Assembly (NCBI RefSeq): GCF_963676685.1
Contig: NC_092348.1
Location: 8,556,001-8,620,000, forward strand
DNA: 64,000 nucleotides
From: Mytilus edulis
Taxonomy: Eukaryota
Reading direction: 5' to 3'
A model generated the notes under the pieces. That model searched no databases, was not told where the DNA came from, and saw only the letters and a list, made by a program, of their open reading frames with translations. Below are positions 26,491 through 38,999 of the stretch, piece after piece (position 1 is the stretch's first letter; the number at the start of each line of letters is the position of its first letter). Both the position numbers and the translations under genes were made by a program.

Positions 26491-27710
26491 AAGATACGCG
26501 AAAGATACAAATTGGATATTCAAACTCATAAGTCTAAGACATCGTCACAAATGTCATGTCAACAACCGAAAAATGGATAAAAAAAATAGCAGTACACAAA
26601 ATAACAAAATAGAAAACCAAAGATTGAGCAAAACGATCCCCATCAAGTACCGAAGGGGATCTCAGGTGTAACAGAATGATAAGAGGATCATTCTATACGT
26701 CATGTTGCTCCTGTAAATACAAACAATATGATAATTCTAAATCGGTTGGTCACATTCGAGGAAAGGTGAAAGTCACATTCGAGGAAAGGTGAACGGAATT
26801 GTGGTTACGATAATTTGAACATATTCGTCGTCATCTGTGAAACAGATATTCCATAACGGTTAACCAAATCGTAATTGTGTCCATCAATTTTCGAATGGAT
26901 GATTTTAACAACGCAAATTTGACCTCTTTGTTCAAAATCTTCCCACGATAAGTGGAACATATCCGTTGTCCCTTGAGGTAAACATATATGTTCAAACACA
27001 AATTCACTCATTCAATTAAATAAATAAAGGCACCAGTAGTATACCGCTATTCGAAAGTCATAAATCGATATAGAGAAATAATACATGCATTATAAATAAA
27101 GGCAACAGTAGTATACCGCTGTTCGAAATTCATAAATCGATTGAGAAAAAAAACCAAATCGGGGTTACAAACTAAAACTGTGGGAAACGCATCAAATATA
27201 ACAGGAAAACTACAACACAACAGAAACACAACCTTAAAATGTAACTCACACAGAAATGAACTTTAAATAACAATGTCAATTTTCATGACTTGGTACAGGT
27301 CATTTTAAGAAAAAAAATGTTGGGTTGAACCTGGTTGTGTGGCATGCCAAACCTACCGCTTTAATGGCAATGCTAAATATAACATTAAAAAGACAGGATT
27401 ACATGACAGAATTACAATACAGATAAATGGGAGAAAAAATAGGATTGAGAAACACGTGAATAATAGCTAACACAAGGTATCAGGTTTAAAATTTAATACT
27501 CCAGACGCGCGCCTCGTCCACACAAGACCAACCAGTGACGTCCAGATAAGATCCTGGAATTAATCGCTTCTTTAGGCATTTATATAATTCATCAATCATA
27601 TTGACAAACTTGATAACAAATCATTTATCTCTAAAACAACATATCTCATAGGTTTTCATAATGTTGCAGAATTAAACTCCACACACAATTATTGGTATAG
27701 CAACGATTTG

Positions 27711-29600
27711 TTAATCATTTTGTTTAGTGCTATGTCTAAATGATATTGCATATTTCAGTTTATCCCAAAATAAAACATCTTCCATTTTAAGATATGTTTG
27801 AGAATTGAGACAACTTTTCAAATCAGGATCAATATTATCTAAAGTTATATAACCCTTCAACACAATTATCAAATGACGACCTTTAGCATGTAGACTTTTC
27901 CTCAAAGCTGTTCGGAATTCCATCATGCACCATTCACTTTTTAAGAAATCATTGGTTATAAGTAAGATGGTGTGATAGCTGTTTTCAACACTGTAGAATA
28001 TATTATCAGCTATAGTATTACCAACTATAAAATCTCTATGATGCAGACAGAGCCTGCATGCTCTCCCAGCTTCCTCTGACTCCAACTTGGGTAAAGCTGT
28101 ATGTATAACCCAGTCAACATCCTTCTCGCTGTAGGCAATAAATGCATCATATTCTTTTTCATCGACTGTGACACTTCTGTGTTCACATGGACAGTTTATA
28201 TTAAGTCGAGTAAACAAAATAACTTTGATCATATTCCTGAAATAGATTGTCAATAAAGTTATGATGACCAATGTTATTGTTATGATGCTCAAAACAACTA
28301 CTTGAAAGTTTACAACTGTCTCCTTGTTACAGTTAAGATCTGTAGCGGACATATTTATCAGCTTACGTCCACGGACGTTCGAGGGTTTTGAACACTTTAG
28401 AGACCCAAGGTAATCATAAACTTTTGGCATAGTCTTTGAAGATAGATATGCCATTACTTCAAGTACTCCACAATCACATACGAACGGATTTTCACTGATG
28501 TCGACTTTAATAAATTCGTGAGTTGAAAATGAGTCTATCATACGTTTTGTTAGTGAAGTTATATTATTACGCCGTAAATCTATTGTTACGACTGATTTGT
28601 TTTTTGTTACAGCTAAACCGTAATCTGGTATCATAGGAAGGACTTGTATGTTATTATTGGAAAAGTCTATATATTCCATCACTGGGAAGCGTCGTTGCCA
28701 TCCTTGCATTTTATAAAAAGTGTCAAACATCCCATTATTAGAAAAATTCAATATTTTGAGATTTTCTGCAACGTCGGTATAAACTATCTTATTGATGTCA
28801 TTCTTTCTTAGATTCCCTTTTTGCCCACTTATTTCATAAACCTCAAGGTTGTTGTACAAACAGGCTCTCTTCTGTGTGTTAAAATAATGGTTATGTTGAT
28901 TGAGTGCAGTGCTGAAGTCATACAACTTACAGTTTTTCTCCAAATCTTCAAATTTCACCTTTGTTCCCCTTCGAATAATGGAAAAAGCATTCTCCGGTCC
29001 ACATTCTGCAGCTCTTGTTATAGCAGAGTTAGCTTTTGAAATTGAGTCATAAAATTCTCCAACCCTTTGACTAACAGTAACGTTGTCCATTTGAAGATAT
29101 TTAATTGTGTCGGGAATGCTGTTTATCAACTGATTCTTGTAATCGGTCCTGTAATCTTTAATTCGACAGTCTTTGATGTAAATTTTATTTAGTTTGTCTG
29201 CTCTGAACGGCCATGGAAAGTATACTACACTATCTTCACAAGTGACGGATAAGTCAAATCTGATATTTGATGATATTTTATCTGTAAAATTTCTAAATTC
29301 TGATAACTTGATACTGAAGTCATCTTTAACAATACATACAATATCAAAGTCAGTATAACCAGTATGTGATATATTACATAGGCTACTCCAGTTCTCAAGG
29401 CTTTCAAACTCATTCATAACATAAGACAAATGTGTGAATGAATCTATGGAACTATTCATCTGCTGTTGTTTTATAACCAAATTGTTTCCCCTTTCGTTTG
29501 TAACGGTAACGATATTAAGTCCAAGTCCAAGTAAAGGAAAAATATTAAGAACAGTGACATAGTATCTCATTCTGAACTGTTTCCTTGTATTATATTTCAT
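27711..29600 (-). CDS. Toll-like receptor A (single exon; signal peptide, Cys-containing N-region, few LRRs, LRRCT, TM, TIR)
   Basis: 629-aa ORF. LRRs LKILNFSNN, MEYIDFSNNNI, IDLRRNNITSL; LRRCT ENPFVCDC...LKCSKP; TM VVVLSIITITLVIITLLTIYF; TIR YDAFIAYS, LCLHHRDFIVG, SEWCMMEF, FWDKLK. The likely start is the second Met (29570), which aligns with the paralog starts. Confidence 0.95.
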   Translation of the reverse strand: MKYNTRKQFRMRYYVTVLNIFPLLGLGLNIVTVTNERGNNLVIKQQQMNSSIDSFTHLSYVMNEFESLENWSSLCNISHTGYTDFDIVCIVKDDFSIKLSEFRNFTDKISSNIRFDLSVTCEDSVVYFPWPFRADKLNKIYIKDCRIKDYRTDYKNQLINSIPDTIKYLQMDNVTVSQRVGEFYDSISKANSAITRAAECGPENAFSIIRRGTKVKFEDLEKNCKLYDFSTALNQHNHYFNTQKRACLYNNLEVYEISGQKGNLRKNDINKIVYTDVAENLKILNFSNNGMFDTFYKMQGWQRRFPVMEYIDFSNNNIQVLPMIPDYGLAVTKNKSVVTIDLRRNNITSLTKRMIDSFSTHEFIKVDISENPFVCDCGVLEVMAYLSSKTMPKVYDYLGSLKCSKPSNVRGRKLINMSATDLNCNKETVVNFQVVVLSIITITLVIITLLTIYFRNMIKVILFTRLNINCPCEHRSVTVDEKEYDAFIAYSEKDVDWVIHTALPKLESEEAGRACRLCLHHRDFIVGNTIADNIFYSVENSYHTILLITNDFLKSEWCMMEFRTALRKSLHAKGRHLIIVLKGYITLDNIDPDLKSCLNSQTYLKMEDVLFWDKLKYAISFRHSTKQND

Positions 29601-30530
29601 GGGGAACAGGATGTATCTAGATCCTTAAAAAATCAACTGGCCAAAAAATGCAAAACGACTTTATTTTCTTTCAGCAAATATAATGCTCTTAGTCTATTTC
29701 GTTTGTTTTCTTCATTTCAGAAGACATAAATAAGGATAATAATGTTGTGAACAAACTTGAAGTAATGATAAATAATAATGTTTACGGAACTGTGTATTAT
29801 CATTTAGTAAAACATATAACACAGACAGTTGTAAAGAATTTCCGCAAACTACGTTTTTTTCTGAATTAATTATGATAAATAGGTAACATTTAATTAAAAT
29901 CTGCAAAAACAAAAACAAAATCAAAACCATTACCCGTCTGCATTAAAACCTTCGCGGATACTTTATTTTCAAAATTGGAAAAAAACCCACATTGATTGCA
30001 AACAGTTTTAAAGAATATTTTTGTTTTTGATTTTGTGCCATATGGCACTGGGTCGATGCCACTGCTGGTGGAGTTTTAATTCCCCGAAGGTATCACCAGC
30101 CCAGTAGTCTGTGCTGACACGAATTATCATTGATATGGTCATTTTTTTAAATTAACTGTTTCCAAAACTTTTAAATTTTTGAAATACTAAGGCTTTTCTT
30201 CCTCAGTACAGGAATAGATTACCTTAGCTGTATTTGTCAAAACCTTTAGGAATTTTGGTCCTCAATGCTCTTCAACTTCGTACTTTATTTGGCCTTTTAA
30301 ACAATTTTTGGATTCGAGCGTCACTGATGAGTCTTTTGTAGAAGAAATACGCGTAAGTACAAAATTTTAAACTGGTATCTATGGTGAATTTATTTAGAAA
30401 AAGAAAATTTTTGTTTACGTTCTGCATGAATATGTTTTTTGCTAGACAATTATATAATATTTTTTATCTGCACATCCACCTAGTCAGAAAAGCATTTAAC
30501 AATGTAGTAACTTATGTTCTGTAATGTCAA
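29601..30530 (-). promoter_or_regulatory. Upstream block conserved among the three minus-strand TLR paralogs
   Basis: 29601-29965 aligns with 48050-48410 and 59590-59960; 30410-30530 aligns with 48530-48650 and 60070-60160. A repeat is inserted at about 30050-30392 in this copy only. Confidence 0.6.
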
Positions 30531-30925
30531 AGAGAGACTGTTGCTCTATAGAAATCTTCCGTTTGCATAAAATAGCAAGGATTCGTCATTTCTTTTTCGA
30601 ATTTGGGAACGACACTATAATATTTTTATGATTTACTAGCATTCTTTTTTTTTTTAACATTACCTGTTATGGATTGTATGTAAATATAAAAAAGATATGG
30701 TATGATTGCCAATGAGACAACTATCCACAAAAGACCAAAATAACACAGACATTAACAACTATAGGTCACCGTACGGCCTTCAACAATGAGCAAAGCCCAT
30801 ACCGCATAGTCAGCTATAATAGGCCCCGATAAGATAATGTAAAACCTGAATATAAATGTTTTAAACGATGTGTTGTACATTTTAAACTTTCAATCGAACT
30901 TAATACATAAATATCATTCGACAAT

Positions 30926-30948
30926 CCCCCCCCCCCCCCCCCCCCCCC
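30926..30948. repeat. Poly-C homopolymer
   Basis: Run of about 23 C. Confidence 0.9.
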
Positions 30949-31609
30949 CAATTACGTTAAAAGAAGTGAAATTGAAAAATACCTATGTTTCGATGTTCAT
31001 TTCTCGTAAAGTTATTTTGCAAAAGCAGACATAGAAGCGAATTTGCTCTCGAATCTTGTGATTAACGCTAGAAACAAGACCAGATGTGTTGAAACGGTCA
31101 ACATTTCTTGATTGCATGCGTCACAAGCCATATATGCGATATAGACTTACTTTAATAATTGTGACTTAGGTAGAGAGTTGGCACTCATACCACATCTGCT
31201 TATGTTTATGAATAATGTTGTCACGTGATCCTCTCCTCCATCTTTCTAAAATGATAATATGTAAACAGAAGTGATCTGAGTTTGTATACTATGTTGATTC
31301 CATATATTCGTTGATCGTTGAATACTAAACTCATCATAGATACCAGAAATGAAAATTAGCATTTGCCCCAGACGCGCGTTTCGTCTACAAAAGACTCATC
31401 AATGACGCTCGAACAAAAGAAAACGAGAAAAGGCCAATTAAAGTACGAAGTTGAAGAGCATTGAGACCAATAATTTCTATTATTTGGCCTTTTAAACATT
31501 TTTTTATTCGAGCGTCACTGATGAGTCTTATGTAAACGAAACGCGCGTCTGGCGTAAATATAAAATTTTAATCCTGGTACTTATGATGAGTTTATCCTAA
31601 AAGTTAAGT

Positions 31610-32486
31610 AGTCCAGTCAAACTAACTTTGAACCTCAAACTAATTGCAACAGAAAATGTTTTAATTTTAATCTATAGCATTAAGCCCCAAATATACACAG
31701 AAAAAGTCCCATAAATTCTACCTTTAGGAAAACCAAAATCAGCATTTTCAATTTGTTATAGAAATTAACATTGGAAAGGGAGATAACTCTGTGAATTAGT
31801 ATTTTTTGTCAGTTTTTGATTGCTTATCTTAAAATTCGTGTAAAGTATGATGCTTTGCTGGGGTTATGAGTTCGTATTTGGCTATATTATGTAATCTACT
31901 GCGCATGAAATGTACAAGAACCGAAGTGATATCGGTTTTTAAAATTTTTTTTGCACATTTTTCATCAAAGAAAAATGTATGGCTTTGTGACCATTTTCAA
32001 AAAATAGCATTAATACTTCGTATAAGTTATATTTGTAAATTATATTTCTTCAGCATCTACCTTGTTTAAAGAAACATTATTCAATTTGAGATTCTTTACA
32101 TTGACATGCTGACAAATCTAATAAATGGTCAACTGATTTATTATGAAATCTATGTTGTAGCTTGATAAAAGATACGAAAACACATTTAGAGTTGTTTGTT
32201 ACATTCTAAAGACGGGTTCAATATCAAGAATCAATGCATTCTGTTGAATAGAGACGGTAACGTTCTAATTTTGTATCAGATTTTATTGATATTTCTGCCT
32301 TTTTAAGAGAGCTTCAATGCAAATCTCCATAGGAATTATAAAATCATGATTTTTTAGTTTTCTCAAGTTTTTGTTGGACTTTTTTCTGTGTATATTTGGG
32401 GTATAATGCTAAAGGTTAAAACTTAAAAAGTTTCTGTTGCAATTACTTCAAGGTTGAGGTCAAATGTATGCTAGATTGACTGGACT
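31610..32486. mobile_element. Non-autonomous element with ~100-bp imperfect TIRs
   Basis: agtccagtcaa...taattgcaacagaaa...ccccaaatatacacagaaaaagtcc versus ggacttttttctgtgtatatttgggg...tttctgttgcaatta...ttgactggact. Confidence 0.75.
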
Positions 32487-33592
32487 TTTGCTAAATACAG
32501 CTAATAAAACATACCAAATATAGATTAACGATGTATTTATATCTTAATTTAGAAATTTAAATCGACACAAATGGGAGGAAATTAAACTTGAAATCGACAG
32601 AAATGGATCATCTTCATCTTCCCATTGTTATTATTTCATTTTTCACAGCAACATTCCTACAGCATTTGGACAGGGAAAAAGTGTAACAAATTAACATAGA
32701 TGACTCCAATATTCGTAGATTGATTTTCTCCAAACCACGTTAGTTTCAGAATGACGGAAGGGGGCTAAGTTCGATTTAAAAAGAACATCATGCTTGTCAT
32801 CCAAGAGTAACAATATTACAATTGGCAGATTTCAGTTACGTTGTTTACATATTGTACCAAAACTTCAGCTAGCCTGAATTCATTTACCTTAAACTTAACA
32901 TTGTTGTTGGAATTTGAAAATATAACAAACCGTTCGATTTGGAAGAAGTTATGACGTGTCATAGTATAGAAGCGATATATAGAAGATAGAAGCACGAGTG
33001 AAAAGTTCATGTTTATTTTAAATGTATGTGAAACGCATGTTTGGGAATTTTTTTCAATGTTTTCGTTTTTTAAATGCTAAAATTCTTTAAATACTGCCTA
33101 CTTTTTTAATGAGATTTACAAAAAAAAAAAAGGTTTCGTTGGTAGCATTTCGTTAAAAAAAACCAAAACAAAAAGTATCACATAATTAATCAATGACCTT
33201 AATCACAAACTATTGTCCCATGTCGGAAGACTATAATTCAGAGGTTGTCGTGTGTGTGTGTGTGTGTTACATATTTGTTTTTCTCTCATTTTTTGTACAT
33301 AAATTAGGCGGTTAGTTTTCTTGTGTGAATTGTTTTACATTGTCATTTCGGGGTCTTTTATAGATGACTATGCGGTATAGGCTTTGCTCATTGTTGAAGG
33401 CCGTACGTTGACCTACCAGTGTTTATTTCTGAGTCATTTAGTCACTTGTGGAGAGTTGTCTTATTGACAGTTATACCACATCTTCTTTTTTATACTTTAT
33501 TTAAGATAATATGTTTTCAAACATTAAATTTAAAACGACGTTTATTTATCTAAAATTCCAGTTGTTTACCCTGGGTAATTTCTATTACATGA

Positions 33593-33872
33593 TCGAGGTC
33601 TCGGTGGCCGAGTGGTCTAAAAAGTAAAATCACAAAAAAAAGCGACCTCCGAGGAAAATTCAAAATGGAAAGTCCCTAATCGAATGGCAAAATCAAAAGC
33701 ACAAATACATCAAACGAATGTATAACAACTGTCATATTCCAGAGCTATTACTGAAATCACTAGCCAGTCAACACTGAGTTGTGAGTTTGAACCATGCTCG
33801 TGCAGCTGCACTCGACTCCAATCTTAATTGAATAAGATTGTCAGTTTTCCTATCAAATGTTGGCGGTTTTCT
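33593..33872 (+). mobile_element. tRNA-derived SINE interrupted by another repeat
   Basis: A-box-like ggtggccgagtggtctaa (33603-33620) and B-box-like gagtttgaacc (33783-33793), with a repeat insert at 33620-33740 between them. Confidence 0.6.
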
Positions 33873-35729
33873 AAACTTAAAAGTGTAGTTATAACACAAA
33901 AAGTAAAATAAAAAAACATTTCCCTTGTTATGTACCACAGATTGTACCACATACTTTAAAAGGTACACATGCCTGATCTCCAGCAAATTTTCTTTAATCA
34001 TCAGATGACCTATATTTCACTCCATACATTTCACTTGCATCGCATTGACTCAGGTCTGTACATGACAGGTTATTCTGAAAGCAAACATAATCTTTTGAGC
34101 GCATATATTTTCATTTACAAGTACAACCAATTTAAAGAAGGTAGTCAGAAGACATTTGGCCCTAGAAAATACCGGTTCAAACCAACCTTATCAATCCATC
34201 TAAACTTTAGCGGAGATATAAGAAGTGGTTGAGGAAGTTGTGATGTCATCCATATACTCAAAGCAAATGTTGACAACGTTGAATCGCAAGGGAGCAGCTT
34301 GGCCAGACAAGCATCTTTTGTAGTTACAATTTTTGCACGTTATTTATAGGGATAACTGTTAACACTTTCGAATTTAATCGTATGATCATCAAGAAAACCC
34401 ATAAGCTTTCTTGCAATCGAAAAAGATTCATCAACACCAAAATTTTGTAATTTAACTCAATCAGACAAAAAATCTCTGCACAACTGTTTTAAGACTTTGA
34501 AAAACTTTTGTTTTCACTTAAGTCAAACATTGGCTTCATATGTTAACTCACATCTTGAAATTGCATGCATGCATTGCAGGCAAGCATTGACAGACGATGA
34601 AATCAAAGAGTTTGTATAGTTCAATTATAAATATAAAGCATCCATGATCCTTTCTTATACTTCCAACCTGTCTACCGCAATACATGGCCTGCAAAATCAT
34701 ACGCATTTCGTTTTCGTGTCGTAAATGTCGACGCGGTCAATGACGAGAACCGTTTTTGCACAATTGCGTTTTACAATTTGAGGATGGAAAAAAGTTCCAG
34801 CTGTAAAATAGTTCATCATTGTTTCTTACTTAGTGGCCTTTGTTTGTTTTTGCGGTAGTAGACAATAGAACTCCCGAGAAACTAGAGTAATTCTTACATT
34901 TTTTTTGTGGAAGATAAACTTTTTCCAGTCCGAAAAGAAGCGACTTTCAATTTCTTGGTGTAAAGTTTGATCTACAATCACATTCGGCTACCTTGATTAA
35001 TTTTTAAAAGATATATGTGTCAAAGGCAACAACACTAGAGATAGCTCTTAAAAACAGTAGAGCTGAGATTGGACGAACTCTACCCCCTCCCCAGGTCACC
35101 ATATGTCATACCATCCTTAATAAAACAAAAATATGCAGTTTATCAAACTCGGAAAGAGTGGAATTATGATGTTTGTTTCTTGAGCTGAAATTTTTATCAG
35201 TTTCAATTTTTCTGATGCACTAAATGCTTAACCCATTACAATTATCGGGAAGTAATTACTACCACTTGAAAGAAAAAAGTTAAGTTTGTGTCTGTATTTG
35301 CAAGAGAAAAAAAACAAATGCTTCACAATAGATCTGTCAGAACTTGCAAATCTATAAATTAGATGCAAATAATAAAATACTTAATTAAAATCCTGACAGA
35401 TTATTATAACTTGAATAAAATAATATACATGGCATGAAAACATGTTATTTCAAATTTACCCGTTTTAGAAAAAAGTGACCAAACAAACTTCTTTTGTGAT
35501 CTTTTATTGACACGAGGCTGACGTCATACAGGAACTTCTTAGGAAGACAAAAAAAAGTTAGCAGTATCCTTTAGCTTTACTTTCCGCCACATATCTAATG
35601 TTTTCTTATATTAACTAATTCAAAATGCAGTTACTATCTATGTTGAACACATCTATCTCACCGAACTTGAGATAAAGAATACATCACATACAGTTAAGTC
35701 TGACTCATATATTAAATCAAATATAAATA

Positions 35730-36300
35730 TTAGCTTATGACAATAGAGATTATTGCAGCTTCTTAATTGTGACCTTTACATTTTTATGTAGCAATATTCC
35801 AGCATCGCTTTCAAATGGATTATGTATCTCCCAGTTGATATGATACTCTAGGGCTTATATTTCATGTCATGATTTCCTTGGTAGAGTGTTGCTACTATTA
35901 TGGAAGCCACAACACCACGAGTTCAAACTGGTGAAATTGATATCATACCTTGGCAAATTTTACGGACACCATCACAATTTGGTTGACCGTTACTGAATAT
36001 CCATTTCACAGATGAAAGCGGATATGTAACTATTGTCGTAAATATCGTCCACATTTCCCGAACGTGACCTTCCGAATTAGACTTATTATCGGGTTTTTAC
36101 AAACAAAACAACACTACAAGTGCTACATGTTGAACAGATCTACCACATAACCTAAGATCAATCCTAGCATTTGGTCAGGTTTGTGTTACTCATTCTTTAG
36201 TTATCTATGTTGTGTTTTGTGTACAATTGTTTGACTGTTGGTTTATTCGTTTTTAGCCATGGCGTTGTCAGCTTAGTTTTAAAGTCTCTTTGGTCATCAT
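35730..36300 (+). mobile_element. Degraded Penelope-like retroelement 3' fragment
   Basis: Translates in pieces to FLCSNIPASL..GLCISQLI*YSRA...KFYGHHHNLVDRY, matching 45280-45560. Confidence 0.55.
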
Positions 36301-36561
36301 TCTTTGTTTAGTTAAGACCTTTTTAGCCGGATGTTATTTTTGGGACGTTTTAGACGACTTTTATAACATTTTAAAACTTCTGTCACCGTACAGCATACAT
36401 TGATATTTACAAAGAAATATTATCCGTTTTGTTAATTATTTTGTTTATTCTTGTGTTTTCATTTTTAGAAGATGAATTGCTTTCTGATAGTGTTCGATCG
36501 TTTGTTACCATATAATGTTAACAATACGTGAATATTTCTTTTAAAAAATACAAGTAATTCT

Positions 36562-36830
36562 CAGACAAATGAACTATTATATAATATGATTTATAACACG
36601 TGTGTTTTCCCGGATTTTGATACAGATGATTCTAAGAATTGTAACAAAATACGTATAATTAATCTAGCTGCGTGTTTATTTGAATGTAAATATTGTAGGA
36701 ATGAAAAGTTTACCTGCTAGTTCGTTTGATTCAACGGTCATAATTTCAACATGGTGAGTATACTTAGTTTAGTTGATGGTTTATTTGATGATATTGTTTA
36801 CGTACGTACTTAGATTTAATACATGTTCTG
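36562..36830 (+). promoter_or_regulatory. Conserved block ~0.8-1.0 kb upstream of the TIR-less TLR; duplicated at 63330-63610
   Basis: aaatgaactattatataa.atgatttataacacg...cccggattttgatac.gatgatt..aagaattgta is present at both sites in the same orientation. Confidence 0.55.
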
Positions 36831-37592
36831 AACACATATTTAAAACTATATAAAACTATATAAATGAATGTATGGTAATTTAGCTGTGATGATTTAAAGT
36901 GAATAATAACTTGTAATATTGAATATATCACTTTCCGACCAAATAATTCAGTGATTCACGAAGCCAAAATATTCAGGAATCCGAAACAATAAACACATAT
37001 AGCAGAGTTGAAGCTACCAAAAAGTTTACAAAATTATAACGATTTAAATCATTGAGCACACGATTTAATCAAAAGCAGAGAATTTTTATTGGAGTTCATT
37101 ACTTTTGTTTTTTTTATAAATTTAAATTGCGAGAATTAAAATTTTATAAGTTAACAGTGTATAATATCATCCTCAAATGGTGTCTTTAAGACGTTTGGTA
37201 TAAATTTACCGATTGTTTTATCAACAATAGCAGATTCTGCTCTGTATTTGTCATGTTTGTGCAGTATGGCATTGAAATAGCTAGGGGTATCCCCATAAAT
37301 TTTATTACGTAGCCATGTACAAGAAAGAACGAAATATCCGTCTCTGTATAACCCTGTTTTGCTAAACTAAGGAAATACCAAAGAACTTAATTTAAATAGT
37401 CGAGGAAATAAAAACAAACATTGTGTTAACATGAATATTCAAACTTGCAGATGTTTTCTTTATTTGTCCTGTAACAGTTAGATTTAATCCAGGTGCTCTC
37501 CTAACAGTGCGAAGAAAACCACAACGGTTCCTGAACTCAGTAACATAACAGATACAGATACAGAAGTAGTTTTAATCATAGATTAGGCCATT

Positions 37593-38993
37593 ATGGGGTT
37601 TTGTTCGTATCAATCATTCCGATTTTGTGTTGATCTCCTACTGTTTTTATTATTTGCTAATCATGTGACGACTGAAAACAAAAACAAGATTCAATCAGCA
37701 AAGAAATTATCTAAACTGTCAGGGTATGTAACCATGGTAACGGATAATAATACGTTTTCTATCTTACAACCATGGCAACAGTTTTGTAAGGTAAATGAGT
37801 TACAAAAACAAAACAAACCCGGTGAATACTATATCGAGATTATTTGCAATATCAACAACAATGTTTTAAACTTTCTCGATTTTCGACGCTTCACATCCAG
37901 AATTAAAGCAGATATGTTATTTTCCGTTGACATAACGTGTGGACAGAATGGAAGCATTTTCTTTCCATACCCGGGCCGAGCACGTCTCCTCCATTCATTA
38001 CGAATATCAAACTGTGTTTTGAATGGATTTACATCAGAAGCAACATCGGATGATATTGATACAATACCTGATCGTATAAAATATTTCACTTTGGTCAATT
38101 CCGTGATATATATGACTCAAAATGATTTTCAACAGTTTCAAGGAGCAAAACATTTGAATCAAGCTTTTCAGTGTGGTAATGTAAACGCTGTAAAAATAAT
38201 TGAAAACAATATATCTTGCTGGATTGGTAATATGAATAAACGTTCACGATTAGAAACCTTTCAAGCGCGACCTAATTTCCGTGATCGCACCTGCACCTAT
38301 AAATATCTTCGACATCTCCATAAAAGTTTTTCAATGATACAACCGTTTACTCGGCAGATTGATAAATCTATGTATCCGAACATTGAAACGCTTAACTTTA
38401 GTGCAGCTAATATGATAGAAACACCAAAACATTTACAGGAATGGAGGCTAGGAGCAAAGGATTTGAAATATTTAGATCTTAGTCACAACTTAATAGAAGA
38501 TGTTTTTCCTATAATATGTCATGATAAATACAAAGGTGATAGCCCTCAAGGATTTGTAGATTTACGTTATAATAACATATCATCACTCACACAATACGGA
38601 ATAAGAACATGCTTACGTGGTATTTGTCATAAACTAACGGTTGATATACGAAATAATCCGTTTATGTGTGATTGTGGTGTAAAGTACTTTCAAGACATTT
38701 TCCAATATATAGACAATCGAATGGCATCATCTTATTATGATGTGAGAGAAAATAATTTCTCTCGTTATAAATATCTGTATGGTCTTAAATGCTACAATCC
38801 ACCTTCACTGCGAGGAAGAATAATTTCTAAATTATCACTTAGTGAAATCGGGTGCAAGCCTAAATTACAAACAGTAACAAATGTTTCATCAGGGCCAATT
38901 ATAGCAGTGATGCTTGTTAGCTTTTTTCTTTGCGTGTGTCTGTTTGTTGGTATCAGATATAGAGAACAAATTGCTGTAAGTTGTAGTAAGTAG
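37593..38993 (+). CDS. TLR-like LRR transmembrane protein B lacking a TIR domain (466 aa)
   Basis: Signal peptide; ectodomain homologous to TLR A/D (FFPYPGRA ~ FPWPFRA; IPDRIKY ~ IPDTIKY); LRRs LKYLDLSHNLI and VDLRYNNISSL; NNPFMCDC...LKCYNPPSLRGR; TM IIAVMLVSFFLCVCLFVGI; stop about 12 residues after the TM. Confidence 0.85.
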   Translation: MGFCSYQSFRFCVDLLLFLLFANHVTTENKNKIQSAKKLSKLSGYVTMVTDNNTFSILQPWQQFCKVNELQKQNKPGEYYIEIICNINNNVLNFLDFRRFTSRIKADMLFSVDITCGQNGSIFFPYPGRARLLHSLRISNCVLNGFTSEATSDDIDTIPDRIKYFTLVNSVIYMTQNDFQQFQGAKHLNQAFQCGNVNAVKIIENNISCWIGNMNKRSRLETFQARPNFRDRTCTYKYLRHLHKSFSMIQPFTRQIDKSMYPNIETLNFSAANMIETPKHLQEWRLGAKDLKYLDLSHNLIEDVFPIICHDKYKGDSPQGFVDLRYNNISSLTQYGIRTCLRGICHKLTVDIRNNPFMCDCGVKYFQDIFQYIDNRMASSYYDVRENNFSRYKYLYGLKCYNPPSLRGRIISKLSLSEIGCKPKLQTVTNVSSGPIIAVMLVSFFLCVCLFVGIRYREQIAVSCSK

Positions 38994-38999
38994 TAGTTC

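Noticed and set aside
33593-33830. tRNA gene
   Set aside because: Only A/B-box-like heads with no cloverleaf, interrupted by a repeat; better explained as a SINE.
33960-35120. Possible decayed transposon coding region with Cys-rich scraps on the minus strand
   Set aside because: No continuous frame and no matching termini could be established by eye.
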